Under the pieces are notes generated by a model. It had not been told where the DNA came from, searched no databases, and saw only the letters and a list, made by a program, of their open reading frames with translations. This document shows positions 17,324 through 26,616 of a stretch of DNA of 32,000 bases, piece after piece (positions within the stretch are counted from its first letter, which is position 1; each line of letters starts with the position of its first letter). The stretch covers positions 1 to 32,000 of the forward strand of contig JAUIFI010000001.1 in assembly GCA_030429505.1 (NCBI GenBank), written 5' to 3'. This DNA is from Candidatus Saccharimonadota bacterium (GTDB lineage Bacteria; Patescibacteriota; Gracilibacteria; UBA4473). Made by a program: the position numbers and the translations under genes.

Positions 17324-17693
17324 GGGCTCTTTTTGAAATGGTCGCTCCATTATAAATGGAGAGGAAAGTCCGAGCCGCACAAAAGATACCAGGATGACTC
17401 ACAGTCAATCCTTTGAGCAGTAATGCTCAAAGAGGGAAAGTGGCACAGAAATTATGTATCCCCACACTGTGGGGCCCTAGTGAAATATGAAGAAGGCGAT
17501 TCTTCTTCGTTTCGACTTCTCAAGACTTCGAAATGCTAAACCCCCTGGGCGGAGAAGCGGGTGGCGAAAGATACATGAAAGATATCTTTTTCTTTTTGAC
17601 AGTATTTTTCTCCCGCCGATGACATCTGCCAGTAATGGTAGAGATATCAGATAAATGACCATATAAACAGAACTCGGCTTACCAAAAGGAGCT
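17324..17693 (+). ncRNA. rnpB: RNase P RNA (bacterial)
   Basis: CR-I GAGAGGAAAGTCCGAGC at ~17361-17377 and CR-V ACAGAACTCGGCTTAC at ~17666-17681 form P4 (AAGTCCGAG / CTCGGCTT) with the conserved bulged U. P1 is GGGCTCTTTTTG (17324-17335) paired with CAAAAGGAGCTT (17682-17693). P2 is ATGGTC/GACCAT. P3 is a short hairpin, TCCATT-ATAA-AATGGA. The ends are approximate. Confidence 0.9.
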
Positions 17694-17701
17694 TCAAAAA
17701 A

Positions 17702-17725
17702 ACCTTTGTAAAAGAGGGTTTTTTG
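17702..17725 (+). terminator. Weak hairpin plus T-run after rnpB
   Basis: ACCTTT-GTAAAA-GAGGGT with G-U pairs, followed by TTTTT. Confidence 0.35.
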
Positions 17726-17739
17726 AGGAAAAAACATTA

Positions 17740-17769
17740 TTGACAGATATATGTTTTTTGTGATATAAT
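17740..17769 (+). promoter_or_regulatory. Near-consensus extended -10 promoter
   Basis: TTGACA (17740-17745), 18-nt spacer, TGaTATAAT (TG at 17761-17762, TATAAT at 17764-17769). A GAAGGA RBS-like site lies ~12 nt before ATG 17793. Confidence 0.6.
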
Positions 17770-17792
17770 AAAAAGAAGGATCTAAGAATACT

Positions 17793-18056
17793 ATGGCAAG
17801 AGTTATCGCTACTATCGCTGACACTATCAAAGGCGGATTTCAAGAAATGGTGAGAAAAGGTCGAAGAAGCTTGGACAAGTCAAGAGATGAGTTGAAAGGA
17901 GATGTCGAAAAAAATGGTGTAATTCAAAGCACTAGAGAAGATTTGAGCCAAACTCGTGCAGATTTAAACATATCTGTCGAACAACATAATGCAAGCCTGA
18001 GACCAATCATAGAAAACGAATCAAAAGCAGAAAAAAATAGAAAAAGAGCTTCTTAG
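17793..18056 (+). CDS. Small (87 aa) highly charged hypothetical protein
   Basis: The ORF lies directly behind the near-consensus promoter and an RBS-like site. It is K/R/E/D-rich, has no TM helix or signal peptide, and is probably helical or disordered. Confidence 0.6.
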   Translation: MARVIATIADTIKGGFQEMVRKGRRSLDKSRDELKGDVEKNGVIQSTREDLSQTRADLNISVEQHNASLRPIIENESKAEKNRKRAS

Positions 18057-18101
18057 TCTCATCTACTTGTTTAAACCAACAAGCTCAGCTACATTCAAGC
18101 T

Positions 18102-18926
18102 ATGAGTATTGTACTTTTGGGAGGTTCTGGGTTACTTGGATCAGCATTTGCTCAAATATTCAAAGAAAAAAATATTCCGTACTATGCCCCCCCTCACTCG
18201 GAATTGGATATAACCAATCTCCAGAAAGTGCAGAATTTTTTTCATACTCAAAAACCTGAAAAAATCATCCTGTGTGCCGCCTATACAGATGTTGAAAAAG
18301 CTGAAAATGACCAAGAAAAATGCGAGCTTTTAAATATTGAATCTGTGAAGAATATTCTTACATTAAACATCCCCTTCATCCATTTTTCGACTGACTACGT
18401 TTTTAATGTTCCAAAGGGATTGGAAATTCCTGAAAATTATCAAAAAAATCCATTAAATTTTTATGGTACAACCAAAGCACGAGCTGAAGAGTTGTTAGAA
18501 GCATCCAGCAGTATGCCATGGTGGAATATTCGTACTTCATGGTTATTTGGACCATACAAAGATAATTTTGTAACGAAAATCCTTGCTTTATCACAAACTC
18601 AAGATCGATTAGAAGTTGTGGATGACCAAGTCGGGCGTCCGACTTTTACCTTAGATTTAGCAACATATATTCTGGAACATTTTATACTTCAAGATCAACC
18701 GACAGGACATTATCACCTTCAAAATACAGGAAATCCTATCAGTTGGGCTGGTTTAGCCGAATATATATTACGAAAAAAAAGTTGGACAGGAACCATAAAC
18801 AAAATAACTACAGCCATTTCAGACAGAACAGCCCAGCGTCCTCAAAATTCCATATTCAAAAACACCAAGCTCCCCGATAATTTAAGAGACTGGAAAAAGG
18901 CAGTTGATGAATTTTTACTGCTGTGA
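18102..18926 (+). CDS. rmlD: dTDP-4-dehydrorhamnose reductase (RmlD/RfbD family)
   Basis: N-terminal Rossmann motif LLGGSGLLGSAF, STDYVF, and the catalytic YGTTKARAEE (YxxxK). The 274-aa length is typical. Confidence 0.8.
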   Translation: MSIVLLGGSGLLGSAFAQIFKEKNIPYYAPPHSELDITNLQKVQNFFHTQKPEKIILCAAYTDVEKAENDQEKCELLNIESVKNILTLNIPFIHFSTDYVFNVPKGLEIPENYQKNPLNFYGTTKARAEELLEASSSMPWWNIRTSWLFGPYKDNFVTKILALSQTQDRLEVVDDQVGRPTFTLDLATYILEHFILQDQPTGHYHLQNTGNPISWAGLAEYILRKKSWTGTINKITTAISDRTAQRPQNSIFKNTKLPDNLRDWKKAVDEFLLL

Positions 18927-19162
18927 AGAATTCTCAACCACCATCTTTTTTTATTCCCTTTCTTTCTCTATATATCATTTTAAACTCTTTACTCCCAATA
19001 TCAGCTAATGCTGAAGAAATGAGTTATCTAAATTGAGAACTGAATGAACGGGCTTATACTTTTCGTAAAAGAGTCTTTTTTGAGTAGTCATTTGAAGCAT
19101 TTCTACCAAAATAAAATATATATTTTGCCCCTCATCCATTTTCTTGTCACAATCAAAGCAAG

Positions 19163-20737
19163 ATGAAAAAAATCAGAGAATTTTTCAGAAGAAAAAAACA
19201 AAAAGCGAAAATATTTCAAGCTCGCACAATTTGGAAAATAGTCGGTTTAATAATTCTGCTAGGCGTTATTTATGTTTTCTACTTTACGCGAGATTTTATA
19301 AAAGCCGGGTACTGGCAAGGCAAGACACTTATTATCCTCACCAACGAAGCAGAGGCAAGACCGTGTGGGGGATTTGTCACAGCCTTTGGAGTCATATCCA
19401 TATTGCCTCCCCATATCCAATTATCCGATACTTATGCACTCAAAGATTTTGATTTTGGAATAGCTCCAGAAATGCTCCGAAATGTATCTCCCAAGCAAAA
19501 ATTCTGGGATTTGGGAACAACTTCCGACTTGTCTCAATGTGCTCAAAAATTTCAGAATGCATACACACAAGTTACCAACGAACCCATCCACCATGTTGTC
19601 CTACTTGATGTGGGTACATTAGAATCAATATTTGATCTCTTTAGTCCTGTCAAAATAAACCGTAACATCATAGAAACATCAGATTTTTTTCCTTACCTTT
19701 CTCGTTCTGTCTCCGATATAGATCGACACGATGAAGTAACGTTAGATAATCGCAAATCTCCCATGAAATATATCGCCAAAAAGATGATTCTGGGAACCAT
19801 TGCCAACCCAACACTCCTGCCACGAATTATGAATGTTATTCATCAACGCATGAAAATAGGCAATGTTTTTGCTACCGATATTTCTCCCCATATTACGCCA
19901 GAACCAAATGATTTTGCTATGATCGAATGGAATCTGGGAGGGGCAAAAAGCTCTCGATATCTCCGAAAAAACATAATTATTCAGGGACGAGAATTGCGTC
20001 CGAAGGAGTGGACATTCAATGTTACCTTTCAAGCAAATCACCTAGGAGGGTTTGATGAACCTTTGTCTCAGGAATGGAAAGGAGCTTTTGAGCTCAAATT
20101 TCCTCAATTCTTGCAATCAGAATCTGTTGTAATCGAAACAGAAATCTTCCCAGGACAAAATTTCGAACAAAGCTTTTCTTTTGATTATAAAGGAACACTC
20201 CCTTATGTCTCTCTCTTTCGCCCTCGATCTCAACAACTCTTTGCTGATGTCACGCTCTCTCTTTTTCCCCAACAAACCTTTCGAAATACCACCTTCTTTA
20301 AGAGAGAGAATATCGGATATTTTATGGGCGAAGTCATTGATTACCGTCGAATTTTCGAGTGGGATATAGAGAAAGACACCGTAGCACCTTTCATTACCCT
20401 TCACAAAATCATCCGTCGAGAAAACATTAAACCTGAAATCAGCCAGAAATTTCCAAAGAGTAACTTGCTTACAGAAATTCATCTAAGTGAAGAAGTATCC
20501 CTCGCTGATAACTTTTCCGCCACCCTTACTGATAGAGACTTTATCAATAGCGCTGTATCGGAGCATCCAAAATTTGTCGAAAAAGAACTTTTAGAAAATA
20601 AAAGAACGCTGATACTTGGTTTTTATCAAGACGAAATCCAGACAGACGAACGTTTTTATATAGAGTTGGAAGGCATATTAGACAACTTTGGCAATGAAAT
20701 AAAAAAACAAAAAAGAACCGTAATTGATCGACGGTAG
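19163..20737 (+). CDS. DUF4012-like membrane-anchored protein
   Basis: N-terminal basic stretch plus a single TM helix (IWKIVGLIILLGVIYVFYF). This is followed by the DUF4012-type motif ILTNEAEARPCGGFVTAFGVI (compare the family's 'NNAE.R..GG..G'). Assignment is from motif memory. Confidence 0.6.
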   Translation: MKKIREFFRRKKQKAKIFQARTIWKIVGLIILLGVIYVFYFTRDFIKAGYWQGKTLIILTNEAEARPCGGFVTAFGVISILPPHIQLSDTYALKDFDFGIAPEMLRNVSPKQKFWDLGTTSDLSQCAQKFQNAYTQVTNEPIHHVVLLDVGTLESIFDLFSPVKINRNIIETSDFFPYLSRSVSDIDRHDEVTLDNRKSPMKYIAKKMILGTIANPTLLPRIMNVIHQRMKIGNVFATDISPHITPEPNDFAMIEWNLGGAKSSRYLRKNIIIQGRELRPKEWTFNVTFQANHLGGFDEPLSQEWKGAFELKFPQFLQSESVVIETEIFPGQNFEQSFSFDYKGTLPYVSLFRPRSQQLFADVTLSLFPQQTFRNTTFFKRENIGYFMGEVIDYRRIFEWDIEKDTVAPFITLHKIIRRENIKPEISQKFPKSNLLTEIHLSEEVSLADNFSATLTDRDFINSAVSEHPKFVEKELLENKRTLILGFYQDEIQTDERFYIELEGILDNFGNEIKKQKRTVIDRR

Positions 20738-20742
20738 AAAAA

Positions 20743-20770
20743 ATTGACCAAATTTCTGATCTTTCTATAC
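20743..20770 (+). promoter_or_regulatory. Candidate promoter for the FtsL-like gene
   Basis: TTGACC (20743-20748), 16-nt spacer, TATACT (20765-20770). It places the transcription start near 20777, which favours the ATG at 20824 over the track's GTG at 20776. Confidence 0.45.
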
Positions 20771-20823
20771 TCAAAGTGTTGTGTTCGAAGACAATTTTCA
20801 AACAGCAACTTTACCAAAAATTT

Positions 20824-21156
20824 ATGCGCTTTACGCCTCAAAAAAGAATAAAACTGTCTTTTGTGGTCGCCAGAACTCATCGGCTTCTCACATACTCGCT
20901 CATGCTTCTTGGTTGTATCTTAGGGAGTCTGTATCTTTTTGGCATGAATAGTGTAGCGATGAAGGGATATGTCCTCACAAAAATCATTCAGGAAAATAAA
21001 ACGCTTACCTCTGAAATCGAACAATTAGACGCCCAAATCAGCCAGTTTGAGACCAGAGAATATTTAGAAAAAAGTAGTGAAGATTCATATATGGTTTATC
21101 ACAACCAACAACGACAATTTCTCGTTCTCAAAGACGTTTTTACCGCTCAAAAATAG
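20824..21156 (+). CDS. Small bitopic membrane protein with a coiled coil (FtsL/DivIC-like topology)
   Basis: Basic N-terminus, one TM helix (LLTYSLMLLGCILGSLYLFG), then heptad-like QENKTLTSEIEQLDAQISQFETREYL. Function is inferred from architecture only. The track's alternative start is 20776. Confidence 0.5.
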   Translation: MRFTPQKRIKLSFVVARTHRLLTYSLMLLGCILGSLYLFGMNSVAMKGYVLTKIIQENKTLTSEIEQLDAQISQFETREYLEKSSEDSYMVYHNQQRQFLVLKDVFTAQK

Positions 21157-21197
21157 TGTATTTATCATTATTACACAAATACCGCAAGACAATTTAT

Positions 21198-21225
21198 TTG
21201 TCAGCCTAATAAATTTTATTATAAT
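21198..21225 (+). promoter_or_regulatory. Candidate clpC promoter
   Basis: TTGTCA (21198-21203), 16-nt spacer, TATAAT (21220-21225), 21 nt upstream of ATG 21247. Confidence 0.45.
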
Positions 21226-21246
21226 GCGATGATAACTTAACATATT

Positions 21247-23880
21247 ATGTCTCACTTTGATTCATTTACACAGTTCGCTAAAAACACACTTATCCTCTCT
21301 CAAGAAGAGATGCGCAAGCTTGGAGAAGTCCAAGTAAAAACACAGCATTTACTCCTTGGAATTCTGAGGCAACCAAAATCTATAGGTGGAACTGTATTGC
21401 GACAATTTGGTGTGACATATGAAAATGCTTATCGAATTGCAGAAGAAAATAAATCATCTGAAGAAAAAGATGAAGATTTTCAAGAAGAAAAAATCTTTTC
21501 ATCTTTTTCACAAAAAGTCATTGAAGTAGCTGCTCAAACAGCTTTTGATTTCGGTTACAATATGGTGGATTCGGAGCATATTCTCTACGCACTACTCCAA
21601 CAAAAAAATAGTGGCGCCGTTCAAATCCTCGAAGCACTTATGATACGACCAGAACATATTATAAGTCATATAGAAAATCTGTTCAAAGGTAGGTCAACAG
21701 ACAAAGATACTACTCCTATTCAAGCAAGTCCCAACCAAATAGAACAACTCCTCAATGGACTTCAAGGTATTTTGGTAGGGATGAGTGTAGCGGTTCAAGG
21801 ACAAGAAGATGAAAAAGCCATGACTGGAAATCAATTTTTCTCAGAATCAGAAGGAATTACCGGTCAGGAAAATACATCACAAAGAGGTTCGCGGAAGAAA
21901 AAATTGGCACTTGATTATTTTTGTACTGACTTTACAGAAATGGCAAGGAATGGCGAACTCGACAAAATTATTGGACGAGACAAAGAAACCCTTCGGGTGA
22001 TCCAGATTCTTTCTCGAAAAACCAAAAATAATCCAGTCCTTCTCGGAGATCCAGGAGTAGGGAAGACAGCCGTTGTCGAAGGACTGGCGCAAAAGATTGC
22101 TGAAGGACAAGTACCAGACATTCTCATTGATAAAAGAGTTTTAGCACTCTCTTTATCCAATTTAGTCGCAGGAACCAAATATCGTGGTGAATTTGAAGAA
22201 CGACTTAAACGTATTATCGAAGAAGCTTCTGCAGCAGAAAACGAAGTGATTCTTTTTATTGATGAACTCCACACCATTATTGGAGCTGGATCTGCTGAAG
22301 GCTCTCTCGATGCGGCGAATATTCTCAAACCCGCTCTGTCTCGAGGGTTAGTGCAAATGATTGGAGCAACTACTATTGAAGAATACCGTAAGCATTTAGA
22401 AAAAGATTCGGCGCTTGCTCGTCGATTCCAACCCGTTGATGTTCCAGAACCTACGACTGAAGAAGCTATAGAGATTCTTAAGGGGCTTAAGCCTCATTAT
22501 GAAGCGCATCATAATGTTCGTATCAATGATGAAGCTTTGGAAAGCGCAGTAAAGCTTTCAGCTCGATATATCAACGACAGATTTTTACCCGATAAAGCTC
22601 TGGATTTGCTTGATGAAGCTTGTGCATCCAAGTCCATCATGAATCGTACCAATGGAAAAGAAGTTCGAGAAATGAGACAAAAATTGTCAAAACTTCAAAA
22701 ACAAAAAGAAAACGCAGCATTAAACCAAAACTATGAAAAAGCAAATGCTTTTTACCAAGAAGAACAACGAATGACGCAAGCTATCCAAGACCTCAAAAGT
22801 AAAAAAATGGTCGGCAAAACGCCTCGAAAAATTGGACTCAAGGAAATTGCGAAAGTTCTTCAGACAATGACAAACATTCCAGTATCAGCCTTGCTGGATT
22901 CAGAAATATCTCAGCTCCAAAACCTTGAAGAAATCCTGCAAAATCAAGTTATCGGACAAAATAAAGCAGTACATCAAGTCTCGAAAGCCATTAGACGTTC
23001 ACGAGTAGGACTTCAAAATCCCAATCGTCCTTTGGGAGTTTTTCTCTTCATGGGACCTACAGGAGTTGGAAAAACTGAACTCGTCAAACAACTCGCTCAA
23101 AAAGTCTATCATGATGAAAAAGCTCTGATCAAAATGGATATGTCAGAATTTTCCGCTGGACACACGAGTTCCAGACTCGTTGGAGCTCCAGCAGGATACA
23201 TCGGACACGAAGATGGGGGACAACTGACCGAAAAAGTACGCCGAAAACCATATTCGATTGTTCTGTTCGATGAGATTGAAAAAGCTCACAAAGACGTACA
23301 CAATATGCTACTGCAAATCTTTGAAGACGGCTGTCTGACGGACGGAAAGGGACGAGTGATTTCCTTTAAAAATACCATCATTATTCTCACCTCAAATATT
23401 GGTGCCAAGCGCTTTCAGACCAATGCTAACAGCATCGGCTTTGCCGCTACTAAAAAAGACCTAGCCGAACACGAACATGAATTTGAAATCACATCAGAAG
23501 AAGTCCGAAAAGATCTCAAAGAAGCCTTTTCTCCAGAGTTTATCAATCGACTAGATTCAGTAATCATGTTTCATCCTCTCAACCGAGAAGCTATCAAAAA
23601 AATAGTCAAACTTCAGGCACAAGAATTTCAAGATCGATTACTCGAAGAAAAAAATATTAACTTAAAGCTATCAGGATCTGTCGTGAACGCTCTAGCTTCA
23701 CGAGCTTATCACCCTGAATCTGGAGCCCGAGAAGTACGCCGAGTCTTAGCTGAAAAACTCGAACACCCACTCGTTGAAGGTATGCTCGATGGAGTAATCA
23801 AAGACAACACTACCCTCAAAATCACTTTTGATACTAAAAAAGAAGTGTGTGGGTTTGAAGAAGTGAAAGAGAAAAAATAG
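21247..23880 (+). CDS. clpC: ATP-dependent Clp protease ATP-binding subunit ClpC-type (class I AAA+)
   Basis: Two Clp_N repeats. Walker A-1 is GDPGVGKTA and Walker B-1 is ILFIDELH. A UVR-like middle motif is present (RQKLSKLQKQKENAALNQNYEKANAFYQEE). Walker A-2 is GPTGVGKTE and Walker B-2 is IVLFDEIEKA. The ClpP-docking loop SIGFA is also present. Confidence 0.92.
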   Translation: MSHFDSFTQFAKNTLILSQEEMRKLGEVQVKTQHLLLGILRQPKSIGGTVLRQFGVTYENAYRIAEENKSSEEKDEDFQEEKIFSSFSQKVIEVAAQTAFDFGYNMVDSEHILYALLQQKNSGAVQILEALMIRPEHIISHIENLFKGRSTDKDTTPIQASPNQIEQLLNGLQGILVGMSVAVQGQEDEKAMTGNQFFSESEGITGQENTSQRGSRKKKLALDYFCTDFTEMARNGELDKIIGRDKETLRVIQILSRKTKNNPVLLGDPGVGKTAVVEGLAQKIAEGQVPDILIDKRVLALSLSNLVAGTKYRGEFEERLKRIIEEASAAENEVILFIDELHTIIGAGSAEGSLDAANILKPALSRGLVQMIGATTIEEYRKHLEKDSALARRFQPVDVPEPTTEEAIEILKGLKPHYEAHHNVRINDEALESAVKLSARYINDRFLPDKALDLLDEACASKSIMNRTNGKEVREMRQKLSKLQKQKENAALNQNYEKANAFYQEEQRMTQAIQDLKSKKMVGKTPRKIGLKEIAKVLQTMTNIPVSALLDSEISQLQNLEEILQNQVIGQNKAVHQVSKAIRRSRVGLQNPNRPLGVFLFMGPTGVGKTELVKQLAQKVYHDEKALIKMDMSEFSAGHTSSRLVGAPAGYIGHEDGGQLTEKVRRKPYSIVLFDEIEKAHKDVHNMLLQIFEDGCLTDGKGRVISFKNTIIILTSNIGAKRFQTNANSIGFAATKKDLAEHEHEFEITSEEVRKDLKEAFSPEFINRLDSVIMFHPLNREAIKKIVKLQAQEFQDRLLEEKNINLKLSGSVVNALASRAYHPESGAREVRRVLAEKLEHPLVEGMLDGVIKDNTTLKITFDTKKEVCGFEEVKEKK

Positions 23881-23908
23881 GAAAGGAAGCTTACAGAAGC
23901 TTCCTTTC
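23881..23908. terminator. Perfect 12-bp hairpin between convergent clpC and the 137-aa gene
   Basis: GAAAGGAAGCTT-ACAG-AAGCTTCCTTTC (23881-23908) starts 1 nt after the clpC stop. A T-run follows only on the minus strand (CTATTTTTT, overlapping the clpC 3' end). Confidence 0.65.
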
Positions 23909-23929
23909 AGGCGGACATGTGCAAAACCT

Positions 23930-24343
23930 TCATTCTTGATAAACCCCTCCTTCTTTATAGCCATTTTGAGAGAGAAGTTCTGTAACTGCATTCCCTAACG
24001 CAGTACTATACCAATTAACGATGGGAGAAAAACTGCCATCATTATTTAATCTGGCAAAGGAAATGGAAGTTTCGACACAGTATTTGTTAGATGATTTATG
24101 AGCAAAGCACAACCAAACAAAACCCTCTCTATAGTCGAGATAAAACACCGCTTTATCTTCAGGGGTAATGATATGGGTTCCTATAAAATTTTGTCCATAT
24201 TCAGTCTCCTCAAGAGTTTTTTGCGCGTCAATACTTCGGATTTTATTTCTTATAGTCGAATCAGATTCATCAGCCAAGGTAACGCTACTCACTAAAAACA
24301 AAAAGAGAAAAAAACACCATCCCATCATTAAATAATCTTTCAT
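23930..24343 (-). CDS. Small secreted hypothetical protein
   Basis: 137 aa with an N-terminal signal-peptide-like segment (MKDYLMMGWCFFLFLFLVSSVTLADESD). An AGGA lies ~9 nt upstream of the ATG. No recognisable domain. Confidence 0.6.
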   Translation of the reverse strand: MKDYLMMGWCFFLFLFLVSSVTLADESDSTIRNKIRSIDAQKTLEETEYGQNFIGTHIITPEDKAVFYLDYREGFVWLCFAHKSSNKYCVETSISFARLNNDGSFSPIVNWYSTALGNAVTELLSQNGYKEGGVYQE

Positions 24344-24484
24344 GACACTATTCCTGTATAATGAACAAATTGTTCGGTTGTAAAAAGAACGACCTCGTAA
24401 AATAAATTTCTTTTTTTTAGAGATCAGAAAAACACTTCTAAAAAATTAATAAAACTTTAACACAAAAATATCAAGCTAATATAT

Positions 24485-25552
24485 TCATTCCTTCGCCACA
24501 TAAATGGTTTGTGTTGGGAAGGCTATCTCGATTTTTTCCTTATCAAATCTCTCTTTAATCGCAAAGTTAATCAACTGACGGCTATCCATGTATTCATCGT
24601 AACTTTGTGAGTTTACATAATACACAACCTCAAAATTAAGACTAAAGTCACCAAACTCTCTGAAATGAGTTCTCTCAAATTCAAATTCAAGTGATTGTAT
24701 AATCTCCCCAATTATCTTTGGAATTTTTTTGAGCTTTTCTGTCTTGGTGTTGTATGTCACACCGATTGAAAACACCACTCGACGACGAGTGAGTTTTTTA
24801 AAATTTTGAATACGAGTTTCTGTTAATTCTTTATTAGAAATGATCAATTCTTCCCCATGAAGAGTCTGAATACGAGTTGTCTTGAGACCGATTTTTTTTA
24901 CCCGCCCTTTATCATTTCCAAGGACGATCAGATCACCGATTTGAAATGGTTTATCAAAATAAATCGTAAACGAAGCAAAAAGATCTCCTAAAATATTTTG
25001 AGCCGCTAATGCTACCGCTATACCTCCAATTCCCAATCCTGCCACTAACGAAGAAATGTTGACTCCAAGGTTTGATAAAACAAGAAGCAATCCCGTACTC
25101 CATAAAATAATCTTGGCAATCAATTTAATCCCAGCCACAGCCGTCTGATCACGCTTGGAAGCCATTCGACGCATACCAAAATCGACCAAATTTTCTGCTA
25201 CTTTAATGACCTCAAACACTACTAAAATAACAAAAGCACCATCCAAAAACGTTTCAAGCCATTCCGCAGTCTGAATGACTTTGGAAGACAGATAAAATGC
25301 TAAAAACCAATAAAAAAGAGACGAAATATGACTGACCAGATCCAAAAATTCATCATCCAAATCAGTCTCAGTCTTTTGTACAAGTTCACCTAACTTTTTT
25401 AAAATGACTTTTCGAAATATCTTTAATATCACAAACGTTCCCAGAAAAACCACCAAAGCTAGTAATATATTCCGCATAGTATTCCCAGCAAATTCCAATT
25501 CGAGCCATTGCGCCAGATTGAGTCCAAATACACTTTCAATATCAAATGACAT
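24485..25552 (-). CDS. Mechanosensitive ion channel, MscS family
   Basis: Multi-TM N-terminus followed by the MscS beta-domain signature: GDLFASFTIYFDKPFQIGDLIVLGNDKGRVKKIGLKTTRIQTLHGEELIISNKEL. Confidence 0.88.
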   Translation of the reverse strand: MSFDIESVFGLNLAQWLELEFAGNTMRNILLALVVFLGTFVILKIFRKVILKKLGELVQKTETDLDDEFLDLVSHISSLFYWFLAFYLSSKVIQTAEWLETFLDGAFVILVVFEVIKVAENLVDFGMRRMASKRDQTAVAGIKLIAKIILWSTGLLLVLSNLGVNISSLVAGLGIGGIAVALAAQNILGDLFASFTIYFDKPFQIGDLIVLGNDKGRVKKIGLKTTRIQTLHGEELIISNKELTETRIQNFKKLTRRRVVFSIGVTYNTKTEKLKKIPKIIGEIIQSLEFEFERTHFREFGDFSLNFEVVYYVNSQSYDEYMDSRQLINFAIKERFDKEKIEIAFPTQTIYVAKE

Positions 25553-25644
25553 ACTTCAAAAAAAATCTTTCTTAGTGTAACTTTTTTCTCAAAAACTTTA
25601 AAATTTTTCGAAAAAAACGTACACTCTCACCACTTTCATAAAAT

Positions 25645-26571
25645 ATGAATAAAGAAAAACTTATCATCATTGGATCAGGACCAGCAGGACTTACCGCCGC
25701 TATTTACGCCGCTCGAGCAGATCTCAAACCACTAGTTTTAGAAGGACAGAATCCAGGAGGACAATTGATTGGCACCACAGACGTTGAAAATTTCCCCGGG
25801 TTCCCAGAAGGTATTCTTGGTCCAGAACTCATCAGTAATATGCGAAAACAAGCCCAACGTTTCGGGGCTCGAACCGAATTTAAAACAGTTGATAAAGTTG
25901 ATTTTTCGGACCACAATGATTTGAAATTATTCGTTGGAAAAGAAACTCTTCACACCGAAGCAGTCATCATTGCGACCGGCGCCTCAGCCCGCTGGCTCAA
26001 TCTCGGAAAAGGTGAAGAAAAATACTGGGGAAAAGGATATACAGCGTGTGCTACCTGCGATGGTGCTTTTTTTCGAGATAAAATCACAGCTGTTGTTGGG
26101 GGCGGCGATTCGGCAATAGAAGAAGCGACATTCTTAACTCGATTTAGTTCTAAAGTCTACCTCATTCATCGTCGAGATGAATTAAGAGCATCAAAAGCTA
26201 TGCAAAAAAGACTTTTTGAGAATAAAAAAATAGAAGTACTCTGGAATAAAAATGTCACAGACTTGAAAGGACAGCTAAACCTCACTTCAGTCGAACTAAC
26301 TGATACTGTAGATGGAAAAACTTCCGAATTAAACATAGACGGTCTTTTTATGGCGATTGGACATACTCCTAATACTGCTTTTCTAGAAGGACAGCTTAAT
26401 CTTCACGACAATAAATACCTCAAAGTTGTAAATCACACACACAGTAATATTCCATCAGTATTTATTGCTGGCGACTGCGCAGATTTTCGTTATCGTCAAG
26501 CTATTACCGCCGCCGGCATGGGGTGTATGGCCGCATTAGACGCCGAGCATTATTTGACGAGCAAAGGGTAA
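25645..26571 (+). CDS. trxB: Thioredoxin-disulfide reductase
   Basis: FAD motif IIGSGPAGLTAAIYAARA, redox-active CATCDG, NADPH motif VVGGGDSAIEEA, and C-terminal IAGDCAD. Confidence 0.95.
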   Translation: MNKEKLIIIGSGPAGLTAAIYAARADLKPLVLEGQNPGGQLIGTTDVENFPGFPEGILGPELISNMRKQAQRFGARTEFKTVDKVDFSDHNDLKLFVGKETLHTEAVIIATGASARWLNLGKGEEKYWGKGYTACATCDGAFFRDKITAVVGGGDSAIEEATFLTRFSSKVYLIHRRDELRASKAMQKRLFENKKIEVLWNKNVTDLKGQLNLTSVELTDTVDGKTSELNIDGLFMAIGHTPNTAFLEGQLNLHDNKYLKVVNHTHSNIPSVFIAGDCADFRYRQAITAAGMGCMAALDAEHYLTSKG

Positions 26572-26604
26572 AAAGACCAGAATCTAGTAGACTCTGGTCT
26601 TTTT
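26572..26604. terminator. Rho-independent terminator between convergent trxB and the HTH gene
   Basis: AAAGACCAGA (26572-26581), 11-nt loop, TCTGGTCTTT (26593-26602), continuing into a T-run. An A-run on the left gives the same structure on the minus strand. Confidence 0.75.
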
Positions 26605-26616
26605 CCTGTAATTTCC

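Noticed and set aside
17477-17830. 117-aa minus-strand ORF in the track
   Set aside because: It lies antisense across the 3' half of RNase P RNA (CR-V and P1), the rnpB terminator and the strong promoter at 17740-17769. It has odd composition and no RBS. It is an artefact of the ORF caller.
21915-22328. 137-aa antisense ORF inside clpC, plus smaller ones inside dnaG, the orphan gene, DUF4012 and uvrA
   Set aside because: They overlap strongly conserved motifs of the sense genes (Walker A/B and others). These are shadow ORFs.
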